The position numbers and the translations under genes were made by a program. The notes beneath the pieces are model-generated. The model was given only the letters and a program-made list of their open reading frames with translations. It did not search any database and was not told the DNA's origin. From the sequence record SRR31156797_9179: a DNA stretch of 20,000 nt; one strand, 5' to 3'. Below are positions 1-8,176 of the stretch, piece after piece; position 1 is the stretch's first letter, and each line of letters starts with the position of its first letter.

Positions 1-2837
1 GGAAAATATGCACCCTGTACATCCAATTCTTTTCTGGATTTAAAATCAGTAAAAGAGGAGAAGCTAAGTTTTTTTTCATACTTATCCCAATCACTAATCA
101 TGTATAAATTCCCCAGGGTATCTTGATTTAAGATTAAATCTTCGATTAATACATTGGAGTTGGATAGGCGATCACCATAAAAATCTGATATTTGTACATA
201 ACCTCTAACTTTACCATTAATGCCAATATTTTGTTCTCTTGCTAAATCGTTTAGGTTTTGTAAGCTAATATTATGAATTCTGAAATTGATGCTATCATTC
301 GGGTTAGTCGAAATTTTACCATCTAAACCAAAATATTGATTTTCACGCGCAATTCTAAAATTATCAATTTGATAACTAGTACTATCTGCGACAAAATGAG
401 ATTTTTGAATGTTCCATACACTATCAGCCATAATAATGGTGCTTGGTAAGAGATTTACATTCCAAATTGGATTATTTGTTTTTTGTGATTTTTTCACCTT
501 TCCTTCTGCTGATAAAAAACCACTATAGGTAACTTGATCCCAATTGTTCCAAAGAACATCTAGTTTAACTTTATTTTTTCCAGCAGTAATTTTTTGGGAT
601 AAATTATAAAGTCCAAAATCTTCTGAAAATAACAATTGATTTGTTCTTCCTTTCAAAATTAACTCTTCCTCTGAAGTCGATAAATCAACTTTTAATTCGT
701 CAAATGTTTTACCATCTATAATTAAACTGGAGGAATTAAAGTGCATGTCAAGTTTGTGTTCAAGAGCAATAATTTCGCCATTAATCGATGTTCCAGGAGC
801 TATGCTTATACTTGGGTAAAGAACTGAGGTAATTGGTTTGGTATCTTTTAAATTTAAGGAAAATTTAAAATTGTTTATACTGTCTATTTTTGTGTATTCC
901 TTATCTGGAGCATAAGCAGGCAAATAGTAATAGGTTAAATTAGCTATTGATGATACTAGTTTTCCAACCTCATAATTTCCTTCCACCTTCATATCTGATA
1001 CGTCAGAATTTAAGATGATTCGCTTTAGTTTTGGAGAGGTAAATGAATTGATAGTAAATTTATCAAGCATAAATTCTCCCAGGCTATTTTTATAATTAGT
1101 ATTATTTATTTCGATTATACCATTGGCATTATCTAAACCACTACCCGTAAAGTTTGCATCTACAGACAAACTTAGTTCTGCTTTTTTATCCTTTGTATTT
1201 AAATGTAGAGGGAACAGTTTAGCATGATTCAAATGAGAACTAAATTTCATAGTAGGAATTTTTTGTGAAAAGTCTACTTTACCTGAAAAATCGAAACCAA
1301 TATTCGGGTCTTGAATGGATATTTTACCATCAAATTGTTTTTCAGAGAAAAATCCATCCAATGATAAATTCTCATATTCATAGTCGTAAAAATCAACTTT
1401 GGAAATATTCCCCTTCATAACACCCTGGGTCGTTTCAGATGATGTAAAGCCTTTTACTGCTACGTTTAATGAAATATGACCTACTTTTTCCTGATCGATT
1501 AATCCACCCAAATTGAATTCCTGAGTCGTTAAATCACCAGTAAAATCAAGTTTCCCATTTCCTTGATTTGGTTTAAAAAGAATATCAGTTTTAAATTTTC
1601 CAAGTGCAGTTTTAAAATCTCCATAAAATACAAAGTCATTTAAAAAGCCATTAAATTTTCCTTTATATTCTATTAAACCTAAATTGTTGAAGTATTCAGG
1701 TAATTGAAAATGTTCCTTAGAGTAACCAGGAATGTATACCTTTTCAATATCAGGAATGCTGGTAATAAGTTTTTTAAAGTCCGCTTCCAAATAGGAATCT
1801 CTAAGATATGGCAAGCCATTCATGTAGAATTTACCCTTAAAATTGGTATTACTTCCATAAACGATATCAATATTTCTACCTCTTAAATCGTAAATTGTTC
1901 CGTATATTTTTCCCGAAATTTTTCCACTTTCCCGGAAACCAAGTAACTTTTCATTAAAATATGCCAGATCAAGAAAACTAATTCTGGAAGAATTTAATTG
2001 AAAATCGAGCTGCATTTTTTTTGTAAACTTTGCCCAGTAGCCTTGTCCGGCAATATAGCTAAAATACAGATGTTCTGCCTTTAGATTGCTATGTGTAGAG
2101 ACAATATTAACGTCTTTTAATCCCCATTGTTTGTTAGTAATCCAGGAATGGGCAACGAAATCTTTCAAAACAAAGCCAGATTTTTCAACACAACTTAAGT
2201 GCTTGAGATCAAAATCAAGAGAATCACCGATTAATTTTATATCGCGAGCTTGTAATTTCAAATTTGTCACCAATATATCATCGTAGTTCATTCCAAAATC
2301 CTGATAAACCGCTTCCACTGTTTTGTAGGCAAATTTTGTTTCTTCAATATCGATGTTTGAAATACCCACAAACCAAGATTTTTTTAGTGTATCTTCGTTG
2401 GTGTTATTCGTATTGCTGGAAAGAGAATCAATAAATACATCTAGGTTAAGAACCCTATCTTTATCTTCGTAAAGATTAAAGTAAGTTTCATTCAAACTTA
2501 ATTTATTGATGTAAAGCTTTTTTTTCTTATAACTGAAGGAATCTATTTTTACTTTTAATTCATTTATATAAACCAAAGTGTCTTTTTGATAGTCTTCAAT
2601 ATATAATCCTTCAAGAATAACACTTTTAAAAGGAGAAATATTAACCCCTTGAATGCTAATTGGAGTGTTGGTTTGTTGGGAAAGATAGTCAGCCAAATTG
2701 CGGCTTACATAGGTTTGAACAGTACTGCTTAAGAATAACAGATACATTAAACAGGGAATCATAATGATAACCGTGAATGCCCAAATTGATATTTTGAAAA
2801 ATTTTTTAATAATTTTGCCGTTTTGTGAGATGCACAA
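1..2837 (-). CDS. tamB: Translocation/assembly module TamB / AsmA-like large envelope protein, N-terminal ~940 aa (3' part runs off the left edge; start codon uncertain)
   Basis: Manual translation of the minus frame gives KKFFKISIWAFTVIIMIPCLMYLLFLSSTVQTYVSRNLADYLSQQTNTPISIQGVNISPFKSVILEGLYIEDYQKDTL, i.e. an N-terminal TM anchor plus an AsmA/TamB-type start. Beta-rich sequence follows (GKFNGFLNDFVFYGDFKTALG, FDGKISIQDPNIGFDFSGKVDF). The same frame is still open at the window edge (FTDFKSRKELDVQGAYF). No stop was seen in the stretches translated. Candidate starts: TTG 2837, ATT 2813/2810, ATG 2762. Confidence 0.8.
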   Translation of the reverse strand, partial: MCISQNGKIIKKFFKISIWAFTVIIMIPCLMYLLFLSSTVQTYVSRNLADYLSQQTNTPISIQGVNISPFKSVILEGLYIEDYQKDTLVYINELKVKIDSFSYKKKKLYINKLSLNETYFNLYEDKDRVLNLDVFIDSLSSNTNNTNEDTLKKSWFVGISNIDIEETKFAYKTVEAVYQDFGMNYDDILVTNLKLQARDIKLIGDSLDFDLKHLSCVEKSGFVLKDFVAHSWITNKQWGLKDVNIVSTHSNLKAEHLYFSYIAGQGYWAKFTKKMQLDFQLNSSRISFLDLAYFNEKLLGFRESGKISGKIYGTIYDLRGRNIDIVYGSNTNFKGKFYMNGLPYLRDSYLEADFKKLITSIPDIEKVYIPGYSKEHFQLPEYFNNLGLIEYKGKFNGFLNDFVFYGDFKTALGKFKTDILFKPNQGNGKLDFTGDLTTQEFNLGGLIDQEKVGHISLNVAVKGFTSSETTQGVMKGNISKVDFYDYEYENLSLDGFFSEKQFDGKISIQDPNIGFDFSGKVDFSQKIPTMKFSSHLNHAKLFPLHLNTKDKKAELSLSVDANFTGSGLDNANGIIEINNTNYKNSLGEFMLDKFTINSFTSPKLKRIILNSDVSDMKVEGNYEVGKLVSSIANLTYYYLPAYAPDKEYTKIDSINNFKFSLNLKDTKPITSVLYPSISIAPGTSINGEIIALEHKLDMHFNSSSLIIDGKTFDELKVDLSTSEEELILKGRTNQLLFSEDFGLYNLSQKITAGKNKVKLDVLWNNWDQVTYSGFLSAEGKVKKSQKTNNPIWNVNLLPSTIIMADSVWNIQKSHFVADSTSYQIDNFRIARENQYFGLDGKISTNPNDSINFRIHNISLQNLNDLAREQNIGINGKVRGYVQISDFYGDRLSNSNVLIEDLILNQDTLGNLYMISDWDKYEKKLSFSSFTDFKSRKELDVQGAYF

Positions 2838-2842
2838 AATTA
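2835..2842 (-). promoter_or_regulatory. Putative Bacteroidota sigma-A -7 element (TAATTTTG) for the tamB-like gene
   Basis: Forward CAAAATTA reads TAATTTTG on the minus strand, an exact TAnnTTTG match. The -33 TTTG element is poor. Confidence 0.5.
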
Positions 2843-2955
2843 GCTAAAAAGAAGAAGAATATAACACATACATTGGGGCGTTTAAACAGTTTTTTGATTT
2901 TTTTAACCTATTATAGGATGAAGATTAAATTTTGTCTCAATCTAATATAAAATTG

Positions 2956-3978
2956 ATGAGTGTAACCATACTAGGAATTGAATCATCTTGTGATGATACT
3001 TCGGCATCGGTACTAAAGGACGGAATAATTTATTCCAATATAATTGCGAACCAAGATGTACATATGAATTATGGTGGGGTAGTACCGGAATTGGCTTCGC
3101 GTGCTCACCAACAAAATATCATTCCTGTTGTGCATCAGGCGATGGAAAAAGCTGGTGTAACAGCAGATGAAATTGATGCCGTAGCTTTCACCAGAGGTCC
3201 TGGCTTACTTGGATCTTTAATGGTGGGAACTTCTTTTGCCAAAGGATTTGCTATGTCGAAAAATATACCTTTAATTGAGGTAAACCATTTGCAGGCACAT
3301 ATTCTTGCACATTTTATTGATGATTTGAAAAACACATATGATCATCCTGGATTTCCATTTTTGGCTTTATTGGTATCAGGTGGTAATTCACAAATTATTG
3401 TGGTGAAAGATCATTTAGATATGGAAGTTATTGGGGAAACCATTGACGATGCGGCAGGAGAAGCTTTTGATAAATGTGCTAAAGTAATGGGTCTGCCTTA
3501 TCCAGGAGGACCATTGATTGATAAAAATGCCAAACAAGGTAATCCATTGGCATTTGAATTTAGTCGTCCAAGAATTCAGGGATTAAATTATAGTTTTAGT
3601 GGTTTAAAAACTTCGTTTCTGTATTTTATTCGTGATAAAGTAAAAGAGAATCCAAATTTTGTACAGGAAAATATGAATGATTTGTGTGCATCATTACAAT
3701 ACACAATTGTTGATATTTTAATGAACAAGGTAAAACGTGCTGCAAAAGAGACAGGAATTAAGCAAGTCGCAATTGCTGGTGGAGTTTCAGCTAATTCAGG
3801 ATTACAAAATGCTTTGCACGAGGCAGCTGAAAAACACAAGTGGAAGGTATTTGTTCCTCAATTGGGTTATTCGCTGGATAATGCTGCAATGATTGCGATT
3901 ACAGGATATTTCAAGTATTTAAGAAATGAATTTGTAGGTCAGGATACAGCTCCTTTTGCTCGAATGACCATTAAATAA
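2956..3978 (+). CDS. tsaD: tRNA N6-adenosine threonylcarbamoyltransferase TsaD (Kae1/YgjD family)
   Basis: Motifs ILGIESSCDDT, GGVVPELASRAH, GPGL, metal-binding HLQAH, LVSGG, DDAAGEAFDK, FSGLKT, GGVSAN and DNAAMIA. ATG at 2956 is preferred over TTG at 2932. Confidence 0.97.
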   Translation: MSVTILGIESSCDDTSASVLKDGIIYSNIIANQDVHMNYGGVVPELASRAHQQNIIPVVHQAMEKAGVTADEIDAVAFTRGPGLLGSLMVGTSFAKGFAMSKNIPLIEVNHLQAHILAHFIDDLKNTYDHPGFPFLALLVSGGNSQIIVVKDHLDMEVIGETIDDAAGEAFDKCAKVMGLPYPGGPLIDKNAKQGNPLAFEFSRPRIQGLNYSFSGLKTSFLYFIRDKVKENPNFVQENMNDLCASLQYTIVDILMNKVKRAAKETGIKQVAIAGGVSANSGLQNALHEAAEKHKWKVFVPQLGYSLDNAAMIAITGYFKYLRNEFVGQDTAPFARMTIK

Positions 3979-3986
3979 AAAAATAG

Positions 3987-4017
3987 AAAACGGAAGTCAA
4001 TGAGCTTCCGTTTTTTT
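3987..4017. terminator. Bidirectional intrinsic terminator between convergent tsaD and the 147-aa gene
   Basis: AAAACGGAAG-TCAATGAG-CTTCCGTTTTTTT. An A-tract lies on the left and a T-tract on the right, and the stop codon of the minus-strand gene falls in the T-tract. Confidence 0.85.
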
Positions 4018-4459
4018 ATTCTGTGATGTTTAAATAGTTTTTTAAAATCGTTAATGAATTATCATTCAAATGGGAGAGATCTAATCGAATTACCTCTTTA
4101 TTTTTCATACTGATATCCATATTGTGATCAGAAATAGCGATGTCCTTTATATCTTTAAGATAGACTTTAATCTCTTTCTTTTTCCATCCTGTTTTGTACT
4201 TTAATTTTCTGGAATTAATGATTAAATATTCATTTGGATAAAGAAATTTACATCCCAATAAAAGACCCACAAAATAAATAGCGACCACGATCAATACAAG
4301 AATCAGATAATTACCATGTGGTAAAAAATCAAAATACTTGTTGAATAAATAAAGGAGTATTGCAGAAATTAGAAAAGAGATTCCTAAAGCAAGCTGTTTG
4401 CTTTTTGATACGTTATTGTTGATTTTATGATTCCGTATGTCAAATTCGAATTGAAGCAT
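4016..4459 (-). CDS. Hypothetical membrane protein (two TM helices plus small C-terminal beta-rich, possibly bacterial PH-like, domain)
   Basis: 147-aa ORF with hydrophobic segments LALGISFLISAILLYLF and YLILVLIVVAIYFVGLLLG. It fills the gap between the terminator and the CYTH gene. Confidence 0.7.
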   Translation of the reverse strand: MLQFEFDIRNHKINNNVSKSKQLALGISFLISAILLYLFNKYFDFLPHGNYLILVLIVVAIYFVGLLLGCKFLYPNEYLIINSRKLKYKTGWKKKEIKVYLKDIKDIAISDHNMDISMKNKEVIRLDLSHLNDNSLTILKNYLNITE

Positions 4460-4531
4460 AATCCTCTAGCTTTAGGTTCTATCTAAAGTTAAGAAATATG
4501 ATCCTTAGAATAAATTAAATTTTGACTTCAA

Positions 4532-5074
4532 TTATTCTTCAATAAATACCTGATTGAAAAGACTATTTTGTTGCAGTAAATCACTGTAAGAGTCAGAAAT
4601 TAAATCTTTAGCATTTATTTCCAATAGCTTGATATAGAAATTGCACTGTTCCTGTAATTTTTCTTTGGCAGTATTTTCTTCAAAATCAATAGCTTCGATT
4701 TCAATAAATTGACCAATTCTAGCAACGGAATCAATATGAAATTTTACATTGTCGATAAAATAGATTTCTCTTTGTTTATCAACTACACACCTGGTTCCCA
4801 TCGATTTTGTAAGAATCTCCTTTAAGTTCGAATCAGGAGAGGTTTTGTATAAACTAACCTTACTCTCTTTCGATCCTTTTTTATTTTCACGAATGTAATG
4901 AATTAGGTTGTTTTCGATATTTCCTTCACGTAGTTTTAATCTTCCTGTTTTCGAATGAAAATAGGTGTCAATTTGATGATCTAAACCTTTATATTCGGCA
5001 TTATTGGCTTTTAAAATTTTGCGGATTTTATCCTGATTTTTACAATATGCTTTTATTTCAACACTAACTGGCAT
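4532..5074 (-). CDS. CYTH-domain protein (class IV adenylate cyclase CyaB-like / triphosphate tunnel metalloenzyme)
   Basis: N-terminal VEIKA (ExExK-like), QIDTYF, RLKLREG, VDKQREIYFIDNVKFHIDSV, GQFIEIE and C-terminal SYSDLL. Confidence 0.88.
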   Translation of the reverse strand: MPVSVEIKAYCKNQDKIRKILKANNAEYKGLDHQIDTYFHSKTGRLKLREGNIENNLIHYIRENKKGSKESKVSLYKTSPDSNLKEILTKSMGTRCVVDKQREIYFIDNVKFHIDSVARIGQFIEIEAIDFEENTAKEKLQEQCNFYIKLLEINAKDLISDSYSDLLQQNSLFNQVFIEE

Positions 5075-5149
5075 ACTTATTTATTTTATCAATAATTGTT
5101 GGGGCAAGATCGGAAAAAAACATGAAATGTAATCTAAGAAAGTGAGGAA

Positions 5150-5716
5150 TTAAATTTGTTTGGCAAGTTCGGCTAATTTTATTCCAATTTCTTCGATATC
5201 TAAAATGAAATTTGGTTTGGAAGCGTCAATAGCTGCTTGTGGCATAATGGAGGCAAGAGCATTTATGGGGTTTTCTACAATCGAAATTCCACCATAATTG
5301 TTAATGGTTTTTAATCCTATAGCGCCATCTTGATTTAGTCCGGTAAGAATAACTCCAATTGCTTTAGTTTTACATGCCCAGGCTGCTGATTCGAACAAAA
5401 CATCTATTGAAGGGCGGGAGTGGTGTACTTTAGGATCGGTAGTAAATGAAATGCTATTGTCGCTTTCAATTAACATGTGATAGTTTGGTGGGGCAAAGTA
5501 AACTGTTCCGTTTTCGATGAATTCTTTTTCTTCTGCTTCTTTAATACATAGCTCACTAATGTTATTTAGATAGGAGATAAAGGAATCGTTATTATTATCG
5601 CCAATATGCAAAACAACAAGTACAGGCAAACAAAAATCTTTGGGTAAGGCTGGTATTATTGATTTTAAAGCCTCTAATCCTCCATATGAAGTTCCTATTA
5701 CCAAAGCTTTTGTCAT
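5150..5716 (-). CDS. cheB: Stand-alone CheB-type protein-glutamate methylesterase (no receiver domain)
   Basis: Catalytic Ser in GTSYGG, His in VVLHI and Asp in LTGLNQDGA, plus YFAPPNYH and RPSIDVLFESAA. At 188 aa it is the catalytic domain only. Its start overlaps the cheR stop (ATGA). Confidence 0.93.
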   Translation of the reverse strand: MTKALVIGTSYGGLEALKSIIPALPKDFCLPVLVVLHIGDNNNDSFISYLNNISELCIKEAEEKEFIENGTVYFAPPNYHMLIESDNSISFTTDPKVHHSRPSIDVLFESAAWACKTKAIGVILTGLNQDGAIGLKTINNYGGISIVENPINALASIMPQAAIDASKPNFILDIEEIGIKLAELAKQI

Positions 5717-6558
5717 CGACTAATTTTCTTTTTAAATATTTTTTGTTTGGAATCAATATCTACAAAATTGTTTTCGAATTGGGTAAACTTAAGAGATTCT
5801 TTTGAACCCAAACATAAATGACCGCTGTGAGTAAGGCTTTCGTGGAAAAGGCCGATGACTTTGTTTTGCAATTCTCGGTTAAAATAAATGAGAACATTCC
5901 GGCAGAGAATAAGATTTACTTCAGCAAAAACATGATCTGTAACCAAATTGTGATCGGCAAATACAACTTTTTTAGAAAGTGCCTGATCGAATTTGATTGA
6001 ACCATATTTTAGAGTATAATAGTTAGACAATTGAGCTTTGCCTCCTGAATTCGAATAGTTACGTTGAAATTTATCTAAATCTTGAGTGTGATAAATACCC
6101 AATTTCGCAATTTCTAATACTTTTCGATTAAAATCGGTAGCATAAATCTGACATCTGTCTAAAATTCCTTCCTCATGTAATAAAATGGCTAATGAGTAAA
6201 CTTCCTCACCAGTAGAACATCCGGCATGCCAAATCTTAATAAATGGATAGGTTTTTAAGCTTGGAACAACATTTTCGCGAAACGACTTGTAAAAATCAGG
6301 ATCGCGAAACATTTCTGTTACGTTTATAGATAAATCCTCAAGTAAGTCGATGAAAAACTCCTTGTCTCGAAGTACTTTTTCCTGCATTTGAGATACAGAA
6401 GTAAAGTTACCAATTGACATTCGGTGCATCAATCTTCTTTTAACATGAGCCTTTGAATAATCCCTAAAATCATAACTGTATTTTTGGAAAATAGCTTCCA
6501 AAAACAAGGGAATTTCAATATCTATATTTTCAATACCAACAGAATTGCTTTGAGTCAT
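5713..6558 (-). CDS. cheR: CheR-type protein-glutamate O-methyltransferase
   Basis: Motifs YDFRDY, SINVTEMFRDP, IKIWHAGCSTGEEVYSLAI, IYATDFN, ILCRNVLIYFN and LCLGSKES. Confidence 0.95.
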   Translation of the reverse strand: MTQSNSVGIENIDIEIPLFLEAIFQKYSYDFRDYSKAHVKRRLMHRMSIGNFTSVSQMQEKVLRDKEFFIDLLEDLSINVTEMFRDPDFYKSFRENVVPSLKTYPFIKIWHAGCSTGEEVYSLAILLHEEGILDRCQIYATDFNRKVLEIAKLGIYHTQDLDKFQRNYSNSGGKAQLSNYYTLKYGSIKFDQALSKKVVFADHNLVTDHVFAEVNLILCRNVLIYFNRELQNKVIGLFHESLTHSGHLCLGSKESLKFTQFENNFVDIDSKQKIFKKKISR

Positions 6559-6563
6559 AATGC

Positions 6564-8156
6564 TTACGCGATACTTTTTGAAATCTGGCTAAATATTTTT
6601 CTTAAAGCTTCTTCTTTAAACGGTTTGCTAATAAAATCATTCATACCTGCATTAATACAGTTTTGCTTATCCTCTACAAAAGCATTTGCCGTTAGTGCAA
6701 TAATAAAAGTTTTATTTATTTCTGGATTTTCATTTTCAAAACTTCTTATTTTTTCAGTTGCACTAATTCCATCCAATACTGGCATTTGCATATCCATAAG
6801 AATTACCTGATAGTTATTTTCTTTATGCATTTCAAAAGCTTCCAATCCATTTTTGGCAACATCGCATTGTAAACCCATATGTCTTAAGGTTAGCATTGCA
6901 ACTTTTTGGTTAATTGGGTTGTCTTCTGCAACTAGTATTGATAATTGTTTTGGAATTTCTACTTTTTCATTGTTAAACATATCTACCTCCTGATCTTTGT
7001 ATCCAAATTTTAGTTCAAACATAAACTCTGATCCTACTTCTGGCTCACTTTCCAAACTTATTCTACCGCCCATTAGGTTGGTTAAGTTTTTCGAAATTGC
7101 CAATCCTAAACCTGTTCCTCCATACTGTCGAGTTGTTGAACTATCGGATTGTGTAAATTCTTTAAATAGTTTTTTTTGTGCTTCCCGAGATATTCCAATT
7201 CCCGTATCCTTTACTGAAAAGAACAAAGATACGTATTGCTTTGTTTTCTCGAGACATTTTACTGATAATTGAACCGAGCCTTTGTGTGTAAATTTTATTG
7301 CATTATTGGCAAGGTTTATAAGTATCTGATTCAACCTAAATGAGTCACCAACTAGGTTTTTCGGAATGTCTTCATCAATATCTATAATAAAATCTATTCC
7401 TTTTTCTTTCGCTTTAAAATTTAATAAATAATAGATTGTATCTAAAAGTTTCTGGAGTTTAAAATCGATGCTTTCAATTTCAATTTGACCAGCCTCAATC
7501 TTTGAATAATCTAAAATATCATTAATTATTTGCAGAAGGTTTTCCCCCGAAGTGGTCATTACTTTTAGCATATCCTTTTGCTCATCGTTCAATTCCGATT
7601 CTATAAGTATTCTAGATAAGCCTAAAATTCCATTCATCGGAGAACGGATTTCGTGTGACATGTTAGCCAAAAACATCGATTTAGCCCTGTTTGCATCTTC
7701 AGCTCTGGCTTTTTCAATTATTAACTCTTCATTTTTCGATTCAAGATATTTTAACAAAGAATCAAGCTCTTTTCTTTGCTGATACAAATCGAGAAATACC
7801 TTTACTTTTCCTTTAAGAATTTCGGGAATAATAGGTTTTGGAATAAAATCAACGGCTCCAGTTTCGATTCCTTTAATGATATGTAAATCGCTTTGATGAA
7901 TAGCAGATACAAAAATTACAGGAAGAAGCTTAGTTTTTTTCCTTTGACGCATAAATTCAAGCGTTTCATAGCCATCCATTCCAGGCATTTGAACATCTAG
8001 GATTGCCATTGCAAATTCTTCTTTAAGAGTATGTTTTAAAGCTTCCTCTCCCGATGAGGCTCTGACAAATTCAACGTCAAAATCACTCAGAACTCGCTCT
8101 AGACTAACAAGGTTCTCTAACTTATCATCAACTATTAGTATTTTTTCCTTTTTCAT
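6564..8156 (-). CDS. Cytoplasmic hybrid histidine kinase (REC-HisKA-HATPase-REC)
   Basis: N-terminal REC (ILIVDD...ILDVQMP...KP), H-box FLANMSHEIRSPMNG, N-box QILINLANNAIKFT, G1 DTGIG, G2 GGTGLGL and C-terminal REC (VAEDN...LMDMQMP...SKP). No TM segment. Confidence 0.95.
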   Translation of the reverse strand: MKKEKILIVDDKLENLVSLERVLSDFDVEFVRASSGEEALKHTLKEEFAMAILDVQMPGMDGYETLEFMRQRKKTKLLPVIFVSAIHQSDLHIIKGIETGAVDFIPKPIIPEILKGKVKVFLDLYQQRKELDSLLKYLESKNEELIIEKARAEDANRAKSMFLANMSHEIRSPMNGILGLSRILIESELNDEQKDMLKVMTTSGENLLQIINDILDYSKIEAGQIEIESIDFKLQKLLDTIYYLLNFKAKEKGIDFIIDIDEDIPKNLVGDSFRLNQILINLANNAIKFTHKGSVQLSVKCLEKTKQYVSLFFSVKDTGIGISREAQKKLFKEFTQSDSSTTRQYGGTGLGLAISKNLTNLMGGRISLESEPEVGSEFMFELKFGYKDQEVDMFNNEKVEIPKQLSILVAEDNPINQKVAMLTLRHMGLQCDVAKNGLEAFEMHKENNYQVILMDMQMPVLDGISATEKIRSFENENPEINKTFIIALTANAFVEDKQNCINAGMNDFISKPFKEEALRKIFSQISKSIA

Positions 8157-8176
8157 TTGTTATAATATCTTTTGAG

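Noticed and set aside
1704-2286. Plus-strand ORFs of 60 and 66 aa
   Set aside because: They are antisense shadows of the long minus-strand tamB-like frame and show no recognisable motifs.
2932-2955. TTG start for tsaD given in the ORF track
   Set aside because: TsaD homology begins at the ILGIESSCD motif, and ATG 2956 with an A-rich leader is more plausible.
3135-3839. Minus-strand ORFs of 66 and 83 aa
   Set aside because: They lie antisense within tsaD.
5150-6558. Calling the cheR-cheB pair a flagellar chemotaxis operon
   Set aside because: No cheA, cheW, cheY, MCP or flagellar genes are in the window, and the linked kinases are HisKA-type, not CheA-type.
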